Assembly (NCBI GenBank): GCA_008632985.1
Contig: QPGO01000277.1
Location: 1-64,000 of the forward strand
Direction: 5' to 3'
DNA: 64,000 nt
Source of the DNA: Psammoneis japonica
Taxonomy: Eukaryota
This document shows positions 11,432 to 24,520 of the stretch, piece by piece. Within the stretch, counting starts at the first letter, position 1. Each line of letters begins with the position of its first letter. Below the pieces are notes generated by a model. It did no database searches. It was not told the DNA's origin and saw only the letters and a list, made by a program, of their open reading frames with translations. The position numbers were made by a program, and so were the translations under genes.

Positions 11432-12091
11432 ATGAGCTTATCGTTTGTTTCATCGGCAGTACTGTCGTCTTCGGACGGCATTTCGCACAATGAGGAACGT
11501 CAAATTGAAAGCAAAGAAGTCCAGGCGCTCCGGGGAAAGCAGACAGCCGCGAAGCCTCTCTTTGATCAATTGCGCAAAAACCAAGAGGAAGAAGAAGCAG
11601 AGCGTGAAGAATTTCAGCGCAGCATTATGCGAGGGACCTTGGCGCTGGACGAGGAAGACTGTGCTCATTTAGATAGCTTGCAAAAACAACGTCAAGAACG
11701 AGAAGCCATGGTCAAGGCTGACACAGAACAGGAACTCGCATTATTTCGTGCGGCACGAGCAGATCGAATGGAAAGTCAAGTGGTGCTGCTGTCACAGCAA
11801 GACGAAGAAACAAAGGAGCCTGCCGTTCCCGATAAAAGCCAGCAAGTCAAATCGAAACCAAAGACAATAGCTCCCGTGATTAAAGTCAAGAGACGACTAC
11901 GTCCGCCGTCAGACAAGGATGCGGATGAGAGTAAAGTAGAAAGCAAGACAAAAAAGCAAAAACAGGAAACCAAGGAGACAAGCAATACAACCGGCACTAG
12001 TAAAAGCGACAACGCCGATGAAACAAAGGAGGAAAACGGCCTAGGAGGCTTGTTGGGTGGCTATGGATCCTCAGATGACGAAAGTGATTGA
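11432..12091 (+). CDS. FAM192A/Fyv6 (PSME3IP1/NIP30)-like nuclear protein
   Basis: MSLSFVSS start, KPLFDQLRKNQE, ALDEEDCAHLD, ELALFRAAR, C-terminal LLGGYGSSDDESD. Confidence 0.8.
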   Translation: MSLSFVSSAVLSSSDGISHNEERQIESKEVQALRGKQTAAKPLFDQLRKNQEEEEAEREEFQRSIMRGTLALDEEDCAHLDSLQKQRQEREAMVKADTEQELALFRAARADRMESQVVLLSQQDEETKEPAVPDKSQQVKSKPKTIAPVIKVKRRLRPPSDKDADESKVESKTKKQKQETKETSNTTGTSKSDNADETKEENGLGGLLGGYGSSDDESD

Positions 12092-12741
12092 GAAGATGCT
12101 TTAGCAGAGCGCATCCAAGCGTTGATGCTCCCATACGAACATCACATCGCTGACGGGATATCAAGTACGATAGTCGTTCTAGAACCCTTCACGTAATCTT
12201 GAATCGCACTATTTTGATCTGATGTTGTCTTCCATAGCTACAGCTTCAACTCGTGGCGAGATTGATTGTCAATGGTTTTCGCACATCGCTTCTTCATTGC
12301 TTTAGATGCGAGCTAGCAATTCGTTTCTTCTAAACCCCTTTGCTTTTCCTTACATACTGTGGTGGCGGTGCTCGATTTAACCTTGATGTTCGAGAAGGAG
12401 CGAGCAGGATTTCGATTGGATAGCCCTAGCTAGAGTGAGTGAATGATCCTCCCTATCTATTACTAATAACTGTACTATTATGCGTGTCAAACTTTCCGAG
12501 CTCGCTGTGCAGGAACAAGATTCCAGAACCCGGAAAAACTGCCTGCGCCGGGTTGGTCGTACGAATGACCAACTAACTCGAGAAGTGAAGTTTCAAGTTG
12601 ATGTGCACTTCACTTTGGTTGAATGACATCAGTGTTGATCAGCGTTGAACGTTCGCACAAAAAATCTTCAACCAAATCCCTCACAAAGATACAACAAAAC
12701 GACTCTGAAGTTTTCCTACCGAAAACTACATCTTCACCACC

Positions 12742-14424
12742 ATGAGCACCGAAGAAGAAACGAACCAAACCCCCGAAGAAGTCGCTGAAGCGAAGGAGAA
12801 GGATCTTCAGGCCAAGATGAAGCTCGTCGAAGATGCCATCACGTCGCTTTGCAAAGAAGACTCTGAATTTGCGGATCTTCGAGAAATTGGCGCTGCCCTC
12901 AACGCAGGAGACTCTCTCCAAATCAAAAGCTTGGCCGGTGGCCTCACCAACTACAGCTACAAGGTCTCTCTCGCATCTGGAAAGAAAGATCTTTTTTCCA
13001 AGATTTGTAAGTTGGATCTTTCGGTGTCCTTGTTGCAAAAGGTCTCGCCATTGCTGGAACAATCGAATTGCTCTCGAATCATAAAAAGGGTTCTTATTGT
13101 CGTTTGTGAGTGCGTACAGTGTATGTAGTATTCACTTTTTCTCATGACACTTTTATTGCGTGGCTGTACAGGCTTTGAGTATGCACTTTGGAACCCCGAT
13201 CGAAGCGTCAAGTACGATCTCAGTCGCGTCGAAAACGAGTTCCAGATGATGAAGGACGTCTCAAGCTTTGAACCTTCTCCAGTTGTAGCTCCTTATCATT
13301 GCGTCGACGTCACGGATGACGATGGTAACAAGATGAAGCTTCTTGTTTCTGCTTGGGCGACATGCGACGAACAGATTGTGAATCAGTTTATTGACGGCGA
13401 AGTGGACCCTCGCATCATGAAGAGGCTTGCAACCGTCTTGGGTACCATCACTGCAAAGACAGACCACGACAAGAGCTTCAATGAGGATTGTCGTCCGTGC
13501 TTTCAAAGCTTGCTCCCGGCAATGCCCATGGTCGTGGAGACCTACTTGGCGGAGCCTCCGACGGACAAATTCCGTGAGATGTGCCATGAACTCGGTTTGG
13601 ACCACTTCAAGTTAGTGATGGAAAACTTTGAAAAGAATTATCTGACGCAAGACGTTCTGTGCCACGGCGATCCGAATGTCTTTAACATCCTTGTGGAACC
13701 GAAACCTAGCATTCAGTCTCTTGAACAGTTTGGCCCGGACGGCGACATGGTGCTCTGCGATTGGGAAATGGCCTTTGTTGGACCTCGTGGAAAGGACGCT
13801 GGTTGGTTCCAGGGATTTCCCTTGGCGGCGATCCTTGCCCATGCCGCTCACGGACGTCGAGAGGACGTGGCTGAAAGGATCTTTGAGAACTTGGAGATTT
13901 TTTGGGAAGAGTATGAGAAGACCTTGAGAGAAAACGGAAAAGACGACGAATTTGTCCAACAGACATACGTTGGAACCATTGGTTGGATTGGATGGATATT
14001 GGCGGCCTACAGTCTGATGGGCTTTCATATGAACTACCTACCGGTTGACGATATTCCCGAAGAAGACAAAGCCAAGGTGCTGGCCTCGATCGGATACACC
14101 GGATACAAACTCATGGATCTCGTATTCTCGGAAGGCTGCCCGGCTGAAAAGATGTCCCTTGCCGAGCTCAAAAAGCTTTACAAGGANATGAGTGAAGTTA
14201 AGGAGTTGTCCATGGTTGGAGCGAAGCGTCGTGCACGTCCTCGTCGGGCTTCTGTTTTGCGTACCTCGGGACGTCGTGTCTCGGATGCCGGAGTCTACGA
14301 AACTGTCGCTCGACGTGTGTCTCAGGCAATCGTTGCGGGAAGCTTTACTGGGATTGATCAGTTTATGGATGATGAATTGCATGGTCTTGGAATAGCCTTG
14401 ACTGAGGAAGTAGAAGAGGAGTAG
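12742..14424 (+). CDS. APH/choline kinase/methylthioribose-kinase-like phosphotransferase (2 exons; intron 13007-13171)
   Basis: LAGGLTNYSYKV, LCHGDPNVFNIL and CDWEMAF motifs; GT-AG intron restores the frame; ambiguous base n at 14187. Confidence 0.8.
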
Positions 14425-14613
14425 AAGCTTTCATCCAACAATGCCAGCGAGAACAATGCACATTGCTATTACACGAAAATTCCATCTTGGTGTCGTCTTG
14501 CCACTTCCAATCTAAGCTTTCGCCCAGCAGCGTCTAAGAACATACATTTAGTATTATACCTTTGCCAAGTAATAAGTTAGTTGTTTATGTCTTCAAACCA
14601 TAGCTACAGTATT

Positions 14614-15627
14614 TCACTTTATCAAGCTGACAGTTTTCCCATCCAGCTTGATCTTGTCGGTTCCAATCTGTTGCTTCAGTAGCTTCTTCAACAGCTTCAA
14701 ACTTTCATTTCCTGTTACACCCAACTTGTCACCCACCTCTCGTCGCAACGACTTTACTTTCATGGAGCGACTCGGAGCCTTCTTTAGAACTTTTTTCATG
14801 GCTTTCTTTACAACCTTGGGATTCAAGTCGGATGCATTCATTGTTTCCGTCGATTCTTCGTTCTTTGCTGCATCAATTATTGTTTGTTCCTCTGATTTGT
14901 TTTCTGGTCGTTTCTCTGTCTTTTCTAAAGTTTCTATTGTTTGCTCTTGTTGTTGTGCCCGTTCTTGTTGTTCTTTTTGTTGTTGTTGTCGCTGTTGCGA
15001 CAAGTAGTTCCAAATGTCATCCACGATTGCATTACCCGAATTCCCTCGTAACTTTAACGAGTTGACGGCAAAATTTCGAAATTGTTTCTCTTTACGAGGA
15101 CAATTCTCGAGAGTTGCAAGCTGTTGCATGTAGTGTCGGATATTGGTGGGTGCGTCGTTGGCTGTCGACTGAATCAAATCCATCCATGCTTCTTGTGGGT
15201 TCTTCTTTTTCGAATTTTTTTTGCCCTTGTACATTGTCTTTTCGTAGCGTTCCGCCTCGGATATACAGGATGTGTGACTTCGAAAGTCATCTTACGAAAG
15301 AAAAAAAGTGATAGACAAAAAAAATGAGATGTCTCCAATCTCATTCAGTCTAGACAAAACATACGTAACATTTCAAGCCTTCAGAGTTTAATTAAAACAT
15401 TTTTTGCACTTCCATATGGCATCGATTGCCAATCAAGGCATACAAAAGAAAATAATCACGCGGCGTGCTAAAGCAAAAGAGGTTTCATTATTCCACGTAC
15501 CTCCATAAAACGAAACGGAACAGTCGATGCAACTGACAGAATGACAACGTCGACAACGTTGTGCATGCAAGTTGACTTTGCTTTTCTTTAACATTTCGCC
15601 ACAGCCATCACACGAAAACACCACCAT
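14614..15627 (-). CDS. LYAR: Cell growth-regulating nucleolar protein LYAR homolog (2 exons; intron ~15500-15291)
   Basis: MVVFSCDGCGEMLKKSKV..H...C...VSCIDCSVSF spliced to DFRSHTSCISEAERYE; also PRKEKQFRNF. Confidence 0.9.
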
Positions 15628-16077
15628 TTTGTTGTAGGATTATTCAAATTGTCGTGAGTAACAGTTACGACTACTGGTATGGTATCGCATCACACCGAAG
15701 TTGTTGGCGTCGTTTTTGCTGTTTCTCATGCGAAAAAAAGTTGGGTGGTCGCAAGACGGTGTCGCGAGTCGCTCGCGCGTCGCGCGCATTCTTCCCGCCA
15801 CCAACATGGACAGACGTCCAGACGTCCATCTCTTCTCACGCGCGATCTGTCGCGCGACAGTGAGAACGCCAAAACAAAAAAAATAATCGACTTCGAAAAA
15901 CGCAGCATTCGCAATTTCGCGATGATGACACTCTGAATCTACTTGAGGAATACGATTGAGGGACGGCATTAACTGCATCGATTGGCATTCGTTCTTGTGT
16001 TGCCGTTTGCGCTGAATCTACTTGAGGCATAAGATTGCAGGAAGGCCCTTACTTTGATTTATATTATTGATTACACC

Positions 16078-17244
16078 ATGATGCGCGGAACAGTCTTTTC
16101 TCGCCGGGTGTGAATACAATGCCTTTTCAATGTTCGCTGCATTTCATCCTCGAAACTTACGATTGAACGCACAACAGACACGGAACGTTTCAAGAACCGA
16201 CCAGCCAAGGAGGATCTTACGTTTGGTACCACCCTATCGGATCACATGCTCATGGTGGAATGGGACACGGAGCATGAGTGGGGCGCACCTCGCATTGTCC
16301 CGTACCAAGACTTGCGTCTTAGCCCGGCAGCATCGTCACTTCACTATGGACTGTCAGCCTTTGAAGGGATGAAAGCGTATAAATCTCTCAAAGACGGATC
16401 ATTGCGTCTCTTTCGACCAGAACTCAACATGAAACGTCTCGCTTCATCCATGGAGAGGTTGCATATGCCGGGAAGTGATTTCGATGCGAATGAATTGATT
16501 GCATGCATTGCGGAACTTGTTCGGGTCGATCAAGACTGGATCCCATCCGGAGAGGGATACTCACTCTACATTCGACCGACCGTCATTGCGACTCATCGCT
16601 TTCTTGGATTGTCCGCTCCAGACAGTCTTTTGCTGTACTGCATTACAAGTCCGGTAGGACCGTACTACAAGAGTGGCTTTAATCCCGTTCGATTGACGGC
16701 AGATTCGGATTATGTTCGTGCGTGGCCGGGTGGGACGGGAGGGGCCAAGGTGGGTGGTAATTATGCACCCACCATGAAACCACAAGCACAAGCCGCCAAG
16801 GGTGGGTACAGTCAAGTGTTGTGGTTGTTTGGACCGGACGATTCCATTACCGAAGTGGGTGCGATGAATGTGTTTTTCTTTCTCGTCAACAAGGAAACGC
16901 AACGAAACGAGTTGGTGACGCCTCCGCTGACGCGGGGAGACATTTTGCCCGGTGTCACGAGACGATCCATTCTGGAATTGGCACGTTCGTGGGGCGAGTT
17001 TGATGTTGTGGAGCGATTTCCAACCATGCCGGAGATTCGAGAAGCTTCCGAGGATGGGCGGCTTTTGGAGGCCTTTGGAGCAGGAACTGCCGCGGTTGTG
17101 ACACCCATATCATGCATTCAGTACAAGGGTGTTGATATCGATATTCCTGCCACGGGGGATTTGACGAAACGGATTTGGGACACAATCACTGGGATTCAAT
17201 ACGGCAAGATTGAAGGTCCTGAAGGGTGGAGTGTCAAGATATGA
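16078..17244 (+). CDS. BCAT: Branched-chain amino acid aminotransferase, probably mitochondrial; in-frame TGA at 16111 in the presequence
   Basis: FGTTLSDHML, LHYGLSAFEGMKAY, SLYIRP, KVGGNYAP, TEVGAMNVF, ILPGVTR, EAFGAGTAAVV. Confidence 0.93.
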
Positions 17245-17545
17245 TGAGGTTTTCCACTATGTAAGCATTTAGAGAGTTTTGATTTAGAACGAGTCGTTGT
17301 TTAGCCGCTCGTTCTTATAGTTAACGACTCGTTCTTATAGTTGTGCTTAAGATTCATGCGCATTCCAAGTGACCGACTTCGGCGGTTGAGTTAATAGCAC
17401 TTGTGTCGCGACTGAATCTGTGGATGAGAAACACGGTTGTGACAAAGTTGCACACGAGCGGATCACTCTTGGAAATCCACCCCACCCCCAACGAACAAAT
17501 AATAAATCTTTGTATTCAAATCAAATTGCTAATTGTTCTTAGACT

Positions 17546-19221
17546 TTATTTGGAAGTCTTTTGACGCTTCCGAGAAGCACCTGAAGTTGACGACGACGCA
17601 CTCTCATTGGCCTTGTGGGCGTCATAGGCTTGCTTCATTCTTCCCATGTTGCTTTACTTATGGTCTTGTGGTCTACAATGGGCTCGGGATAGTCTTTCCC
17701 AATGACGACTCCGTACTTTTCTGCACTTCTATCGGTGCCGACCACGGTTCGTAAATGAACTTTTTGGGAAAATCCTTGAACTGTGGCAGCCATTTGCGGA
17801 TGTAATCGCCATTCGGGTCCGTCTTTTTCCAAACGACACGGGACTATAGCATCGAAAGTACTGGTAAAAGTGTGCTGTACAGGAAAGCCACTGCCAGTTA
17901 AAGTTGTTGATTCCCCAATCCGCGTCAATCAATCGTTCCTCAAAGACAGCTGCTCCTTCCTCCCAACTTTGCCACAAGTCACCACGCGTCAAAAAGCAAG
18001 CGACTGCGTGACGAGCAAGATGGTGAATCCAACCGGTTTCCTTCAGTTGGACCATAATGGCATCAATAAAGGGATATCCTGTTTGACTGTCCCGCCACTT
18101 TGCAAGGAGCGTGACATCGTCGTCCCAAGGAATCTGTCGGGCGACAGGATTGCCCTCCATCTTGTCAAAGTTTGGCGTTGTATAGCCCATGAGATAGTTG
18201 TATTCTCGCCACATGAGCTGACCATGAAGCGATACAGGAGGCTTGGACAGCTTGGAGGCTGGAAACTTGTTGTACGTCTTGGTAAGTTCATGAAAAAAAC
18301 GTCTGGGAGACACTACTCCATGCTTGACATCTTCAAGACGATAGAGGAAGGAAGTATGTGAGATCCAATCTCAGAATGCTAGAGAGACCAGAAAACACTT
18401 ACATGGACTTAATCCAGTTGTACCAACGCTCAATGCATTGGGACTAGTTTTTGGCTTTTCAAACGTGCAGACCCATTGAGTACGCTTCATCATTCTGTCC
18501 AGGAGAGCAAGGCCGGCGTCCTCTCCGCCTTTGAAGGGCAATCCTCCCTTGCCTCTGTTCTTTAAATCGTTCTCATCATAGCCAAGTTTCTCTACGCTGG
18601 GAACAGACAGTCGTAGTCAAAGGTATCCTTGAGCTTCTCCACATTGTTCGGGAGAGGGGGCAGCTCTTGACGGCCTCAACCTCCGACGGCACCGGACTCA
18701 TTTTCTGAAACATTTTGGTAAACGATCCATAGGATGACGGTGCCACATTGTCCTTGCAACGAGCAACATAGTGCTCCACAGGATGAAGTGTGTGGGTGTC
18801 GTATCCCTTGATATCGAATTCCTGTTTTTCGTCGAGTCGCTTGCGGATAGCTCCAACACTACCGAATCCGCTTCTCGCACGGCTGTGCCACTTCACGTTC
18901 GTAGTAAAGAGAAGAAGCATTCATTGTGGTTACGATTTCAGGGATAACCTTTTCTGGTTTACCTAGGATGACGACAAGTTTGCTGTTCATGTCTTGAAGT
19001 TTCGAGTCAAGCTCCACAAGACTTTCCAAGACGAAATTGGCACGGATACATCCTGCTCGTCGTCCAGCAGTTTGGGCAAAGGGAGCATCAGGATCTATAA
19101 CATATAATGGCAAAAGTTGGTCGGATTCCGTACAGGCATCCAAAAGGGAGGGATTATCATGAAATCGAAGTCCATTTCGGAACCAATGGATAGCCGTCTT
19201 CTCGTTGCTACCACTGCTCAT
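17546..19221 (-). CDS. CPF1: Cryptochrome/(6-4) photolyase family protein, diatom CPF1-like; one intron (~18402-18331) and several apparent frameshifts
   Basis: AIHWFRNGLRFHDNP, GGEDAGL, FEKPKT, TTGLSPY, SLHGQLMWRE, GYPFIDAIM, WIHHLARHAVACFLTRGDLW, DYPEPIVDH; a longer N-terminus (to ~19386) is possible. Confidence 0.9.
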
Positions 19222-20287
19222 TCTGGATGTCGAACACAATCTTGTTGAAATGTGATTGCAACCGATTTGATGCCTGCTATCGGAGAACAGGTTGGATCGT
19301 CGGAAATTGAAAAGGAGGTTCCGTTGAAAAATCTTGCAAAGTGGCAGTGACAGAGTCAGCCGATGGATGGAGCAAAATAATAACACCAGGATGAAGACCC
19401 TAGTTGAGGCTCTTCCAACAGAAAAGGATGAGGGACTCGTTTTGGATGCAACAATTAATCGCAGGGACGAGCGTCTATTTCTTTGCCTGTGGGTGCTTCG
19501 AGTTGATTATTGGTCTTCACCCTGAACGATCGTCTTCACACGCTGACGCTTCGTCTCGATTGTCGTGTGATCAGGATCAGTGAGAACATCGGGTCTGAGT
19601 GATGAGTGAGTCAGTCATGGATCGGTTAGTCGAAGTGGTCCGAATTGGAGGGACGATGTCGATTTCATACATAACGGAGAGTGTGGAATGAGAAGCTACA
19701 GCATTGAAGAAAAAATATTGAGTCTTTCTACGATACTCCGTCGACCACACAACGTTCAAAGCGATACAGCATAGCATGTGTGTCGTTCCAAATTCGAAAA
19801 TAATTAATAAGATCCAAGATGTCATACTATGTTTCCCGCGTATCTACGAGTACCGGCGAAGATATACGACTATTCGTGTCACCCTTGACATAATAAATTG
19901 ATTTGTCATATTTAACGTCCTTCACCAAATTCCTTTAAGTAATGATGGTTGAGAGGTCTCACATCAAATTTCAGAGAAGAAATCGAAGCGGTTAGCGAGA
20001 CATTCTTGTAGAATTCTACGTCATTGCTGCCAGGACGCGAAGTGTATGGACACGCTACATACGCAGTCATGCCTACTCCAACCGTGCATACTTCGCCACG
20101 TAGGGTCTACAGGATGTATGTACCGTGATTAGTGCTGACCGCCTCTTGTGCCTCAATGTTGTCAATCCCAACCGCGACGGGGCGTGGGGGAGCGATGAGC
20201 ACCAGTGCCGGATGTTCGGACTTATTTTCCACCATGACCGGTGGATTCTTTCGCCACTTTTTCCCATTAATTAGTGGCGATACACCC

Positions 20288-21781
20288 ATGAGTGAGGCGA
20301 CACCGAGCGAGGCGCGGGGTCGTAAGCGCAAGACGTCGGAACCGGAGAGTCCTGTCGGGAGCCGCACTCCCACTCTGCTCTCAGCACGACGCCACGATGG
20401 AGACGATTGCGCCCCGGAGCCACCGGCTAAGCGCCTTAGGGGACGTCATATGGCGGTGGCTATGCCGAATCTGCAATCTAAGGAGGCGACTGGATCGCAG
20501 AAGCAGTCAGACTTTCTCCGGACGGTACCTGAAGAGGTTGTTGGGCATGTTCTATCGTTCTTAGGCGGCGTCGAAGACAGGCATGCACTTCAGACCACAT
20601 GTAAGCAATTCAACCGAATATCGAATACAGACAATATGCTTCAGCATGTCGAGCTTGGGGGCGACCCAGAAACGGGAAAGCTAGGGATCATAAAGGAGGA
20701 AGACACACCCGAGACAGCAGCCACGGCCTTGACGCCGTTCGCACGTGCTGGCAATCTCGAGGCCATTTACATGTAAGTAGAATCTACGTGATTTTTGTAC
20801 GGGGCTTCTGAAAAATGAATTGAGAATTCTCCCTCCAGCCTCTGATGGCTGCGATGGAAGTCACATCGAAGAGTTGCCTTTCTGCGGTTGCGTAAGACTT
20901 AGTTTCTATCACGGGCATCTAAAGTATGGACTGTATTCTTATGGCAGTCCTCATTTGTCGTCGGTTGCTTTTGCGACGTGTTATGTGTTCTCGTATCGCG
21001 GTCTTTTTGCTTTTGATACACTTATTGATGCGTCTCTTCTCGTTTTTTCAGGTTGGGGATGATTAAAAGCTATTGCAACCAAGACGTTGAGAGGGGCATT
21101 TTCCTTTTGAAGCTCGCATCGTCTCGTGGCTACGTAAGGTCGTCCTATGCGTTGGGTTTAATCTTGCGCGACTCTTTGCGAGAACAATCCTGTCACCACT
21201 TGAAGCTGGCGGCTAAGAAGGGCTACTTGCCTGCATTGCAGGAACTTCTTCCTGCAAGGGAGATGAAAGCCAAGTACGGTGAACCGGATGCTGAGGAGTT
21301 GCGTAGGCATCTTGATCCGATTTGCCTGAACAGGTTGTTGGGACGCCATTATTTGCACAGCATGGAGTTGCGTAACGTGAATACGAGTCATTGCTGGAAT
21401 CCTCACTGTGGCCGATGGGCCTTCAAGGCAACCATGACCACCAATGGGGGGACAGTGCGTATGAGGCGTCCTTTTACATTTGCATCGTATAGTGCACAGG
21501 GGGAAGCTGGCGGCCGTCCCGCTCGTCCGTCTTCTACAGCGCGGAGCGTTGTGGCTGGTCCTGCGGCTGACCGTGAACCTGTGGCACAACAGCCTCAGGG
21601 GGATTCGCCAAATGCAAGCACCCCAACGGGGTCGTCGGAAGAGGGGTCGCCAGTGTGTGACCTTCGAGTGTCGAGAATGAAGATGTGCAGTCGTTGTTGT
21701 CGAGCCAAGTACTGTAGCAAGCTATGTCAAGTTTATGACTGGCGCTCAGGAAGGCACAAAATGGAATGCCAATTCCTGTAG
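20288..21781 (+). CDS. F-box + Sel1-like helical region + split MYND zinc-finger protein (intron ~20773-21051)
   Basis: F-box LRTVPEEVVGHVLSFL; AGNLEAIYMLGMI; C-terminal MCSRCCRAKYCSKLCQVYDWRSGRHKMEC. Confidence 0.85.
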
Positions 21782-22022
21782 GACGATATCTCGATTACAT
21801 TTTGCCTGCGAGGACTTGTGGAACTTATTTCAAGAACGGTTTTCACATATGAAAGTTCTCCAGGCAACGGGTTTATGAAAAGCATACTATGTGGATCCAC
21901 GCGTCGACGAGAATAGGGAATATTTCGTTGTCGGCGGCGGTCCAATGTTGTTAAAAGAGAAAAAAAAGAAATAGCAGAAAAACTTCATTGGCTTCTTAGC
22001 GTGACGAGTATTGTCAGACTCT

Positions 22023-22914
22023 CTAGAGGACATCCACTTTGAAACTCGATCGCACTCGTTTAATGTCGGAGTTTTCTTGTTTCCACTGGGTATCGTCCGC
22101 AATAATGGCGAGAACATAGAGCCGGTCCTCTACAATAGTGGACGAGAGAAGAACAATGGTATCATATGGACAGAAACCCAATCCTAGGTTCTTTTGTGAC
22201 TCGCCACAAGTGTCGGGCGCAACCGCCATGTCAAACTCGAAGTATGTTTGGTCACCCTTGTTGTTTTTGCGACCGCTAATCAAGTCTCCTTGTTGTAAAG
22301 CCTTGAGATCGTCCGTAACATCTAATGCTTTGGCGACTCCAGTGGTTGTTGCCTTTTCTAACCGATTCACAGAGCAGGTTCCAGGAGCTTGATAAACAAT
22401 AATCCGATTGCAAGCCTTGCGATTGACGCCTTCGGTCCGATCCAAGTAAAGCTGGTCACCTGCTTCCCATTTTTCCGGTAGTTGGTACGATACTCGAACA
22501 TTCTGATTAGATGAAGAAATTCCTGGATCATTGACGCCGTCAATGTTTACAATTCTTTCGTCTGAAAAAGGCCATGTTGTTTCGATCGTTCTCGATGTTG
22601 CCTCGTCCTTGACTCCCTCCTTGAGTGAACCGTCTGGGTTGAACAGTTGAGACGTTAAATCCTGGGCATCGTCATCATCAGCTGATGCACTGTTTCGTAG
22701 TGAAACCAAGGTGACAGTGCAATTAGCGATAGAATTTCTCGTCTTTTGATTCCGAGGGATCTGTAGAAGCATTCAGCTTGGTTTGCGGTCGCGAAAGTCT
22801 CGTTTCGAAGCCCCGGGGCGACGATGGGGCAAACCCTTGACACAATCGTTGTCGGCTTACCCAGTTCATCGCAACCAAAGGGAGAAGTACATTGCTTACA
22901 AAAACACCCTTCAT
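22023..22914 (-). CDS. Plastid/thylakoid-lumen PsbP-like protein (apparent frameshifts near the N-terminus)
   Basis: Signal peptide ending CQG-FAP, twin-Arg RREILSL, C-terminal YFEFDMAVAP...RLYVLAI...WKQENSDIKRVRSSFKV. Confidence 0.65.
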
Positions 22915-23166
22915 ACGGAATCAACAACCTTTGGTCTTATTAGATATATCGCTGGATGCCACAAGCGCAGCTGAACAAAGATGTGAGGTGAAGGGTGAGG
23001 AGAGCTGGAGGCAGACGGTGAGTCAGCATTTAGTACTACTTCCACGTAGAATCCTACGGGGAAATCGTCTCCGCAGAGGACCAACTTTTGAAGCCTCGCG
23101 GAATCCATCTCTGCGATATCTGTACTTCACATACAATGAAACTAGAGCTTCAAGAAAAGCTGGTCT

Positions 23167-24337
23167 CTAATCAACTTTATATCGGTTCTCTTCTGCTCCA
23201 TAGCTTGTAAAACCCACCGCATCTTTAGTTTCCGCAAAGGGCAGAATCAAGTCTTCTGTCGACTCGCCCGATTTGATTCGTTCGAGAGATTCCTGCATGG
23301 CCTTGATTGATGCGCTCAATAAGGTCAGTGGATAGGCCGCCATTGTGAATCCCATTGCTTTCAGCTCCTTTGGAGGCAGAATGGGCGTAGTGCCATACTC
23401 GAGCATGTTGGCAAGTTTTGGTCCCGACACTTGTTCACAGTATTGTTTCATTTGTTCCACAGTCTCGGGAGCTTCCAAAAAGGTCATGTCACAACCGCCT
23501 CTCTAAAAGCAAGACATCGTTCAATCGCAGCGTCAAAGCCATCTCCAACCAAAGCGTCGGTTCGAGCCAATACGAGTGGACCGGTGCCAGCTCCAAATTG
23601 CGATTCATACTCATCTCTGTTGTGGGAGCAAAACGCAACGGTGAGATTCATGTTTGTTGAACTGCACTGGACAGCAGCACTTTTACTATAAAAGCCAACC
23701 TTGCATCACATGCTGCTTGATCCGTTGAACGGCCTCGTCAAAAGGAATGACGGACTTTCCAGCCACGTGACCACATCGCTTCGGGGCGACTTGGTCTTCC
23801 ACCATGATTCCCGCCATGCCCGCTCGAGCATAGCCAAAGACGGTTCTCTTCACATTGACTGCATTGCCTGTGAAGTAAAGAATGAAGAGAAGAAGTCCTT
23901 TTAGTGCCTTTCTCGCAAACAAAAAAAAGAACTCGCTCGTTTATCCATACCATATCCAGTATCTCCATCGGCTATGCAAGGAATAGGTTCTTGATTCAGT
24001 TCCAGAGCCGCACTCGAGAGTCCTTCTGCGACACTAGCTGCAGCAGTAAACATTTCACCATAGCTTACAAGCTGTGTATCCGGATACCCATTCACTCCCG
24101 AAACCCCAAAGCCAGTCATAAAGGTTGCTTTGAACCCGGCCCTAGCCACAAGACGTGCCGAAAGCCCATCATAGCAACAGGGCAACAAAATGGGCGTGTC
24201 CTTGTTTTCTTCTTCTGATTCAAACAGTCGTTTCAGTCGTTCTGGTGCAGGACAAGCAATGGCATCAACAAAATCATAACGACAAAGCAGCAGCAGAAGT
24301 AGAATCAGAACCTTGAAAGCTCTGCCCTCATCACCAT
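23167..24337 (-). CDS. Isocitrate lyase/PEP mutase family enzyme (methylisocitrate-lyase-like), multi-exon
   Basis: PCCYDGLSARLV, GYPDTQL, IADGDTGYG, EDQVAPKRCGH, LARTDA, FLEAP, LANMLEYGTTP; N-terminal signal-like hydrophobic stretch. Confidence 0.88.
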
Positions 24338-24520
24338 CGTCAAAATCTTGTGCGCAAAGATTTTTTTTGTGATGTGTCGGCCGGATGTGTCGGGTGGACG
24401 GATTGACGTCGGAGCCAATATATTTTACTTTCGGGTACGTAGGAAACTGTTGAATTCAAATCGCACAAATCTCGCGAGCCTCGCGAGCAAGAACACACAC
24501 GCAACACACCGACATTGACC

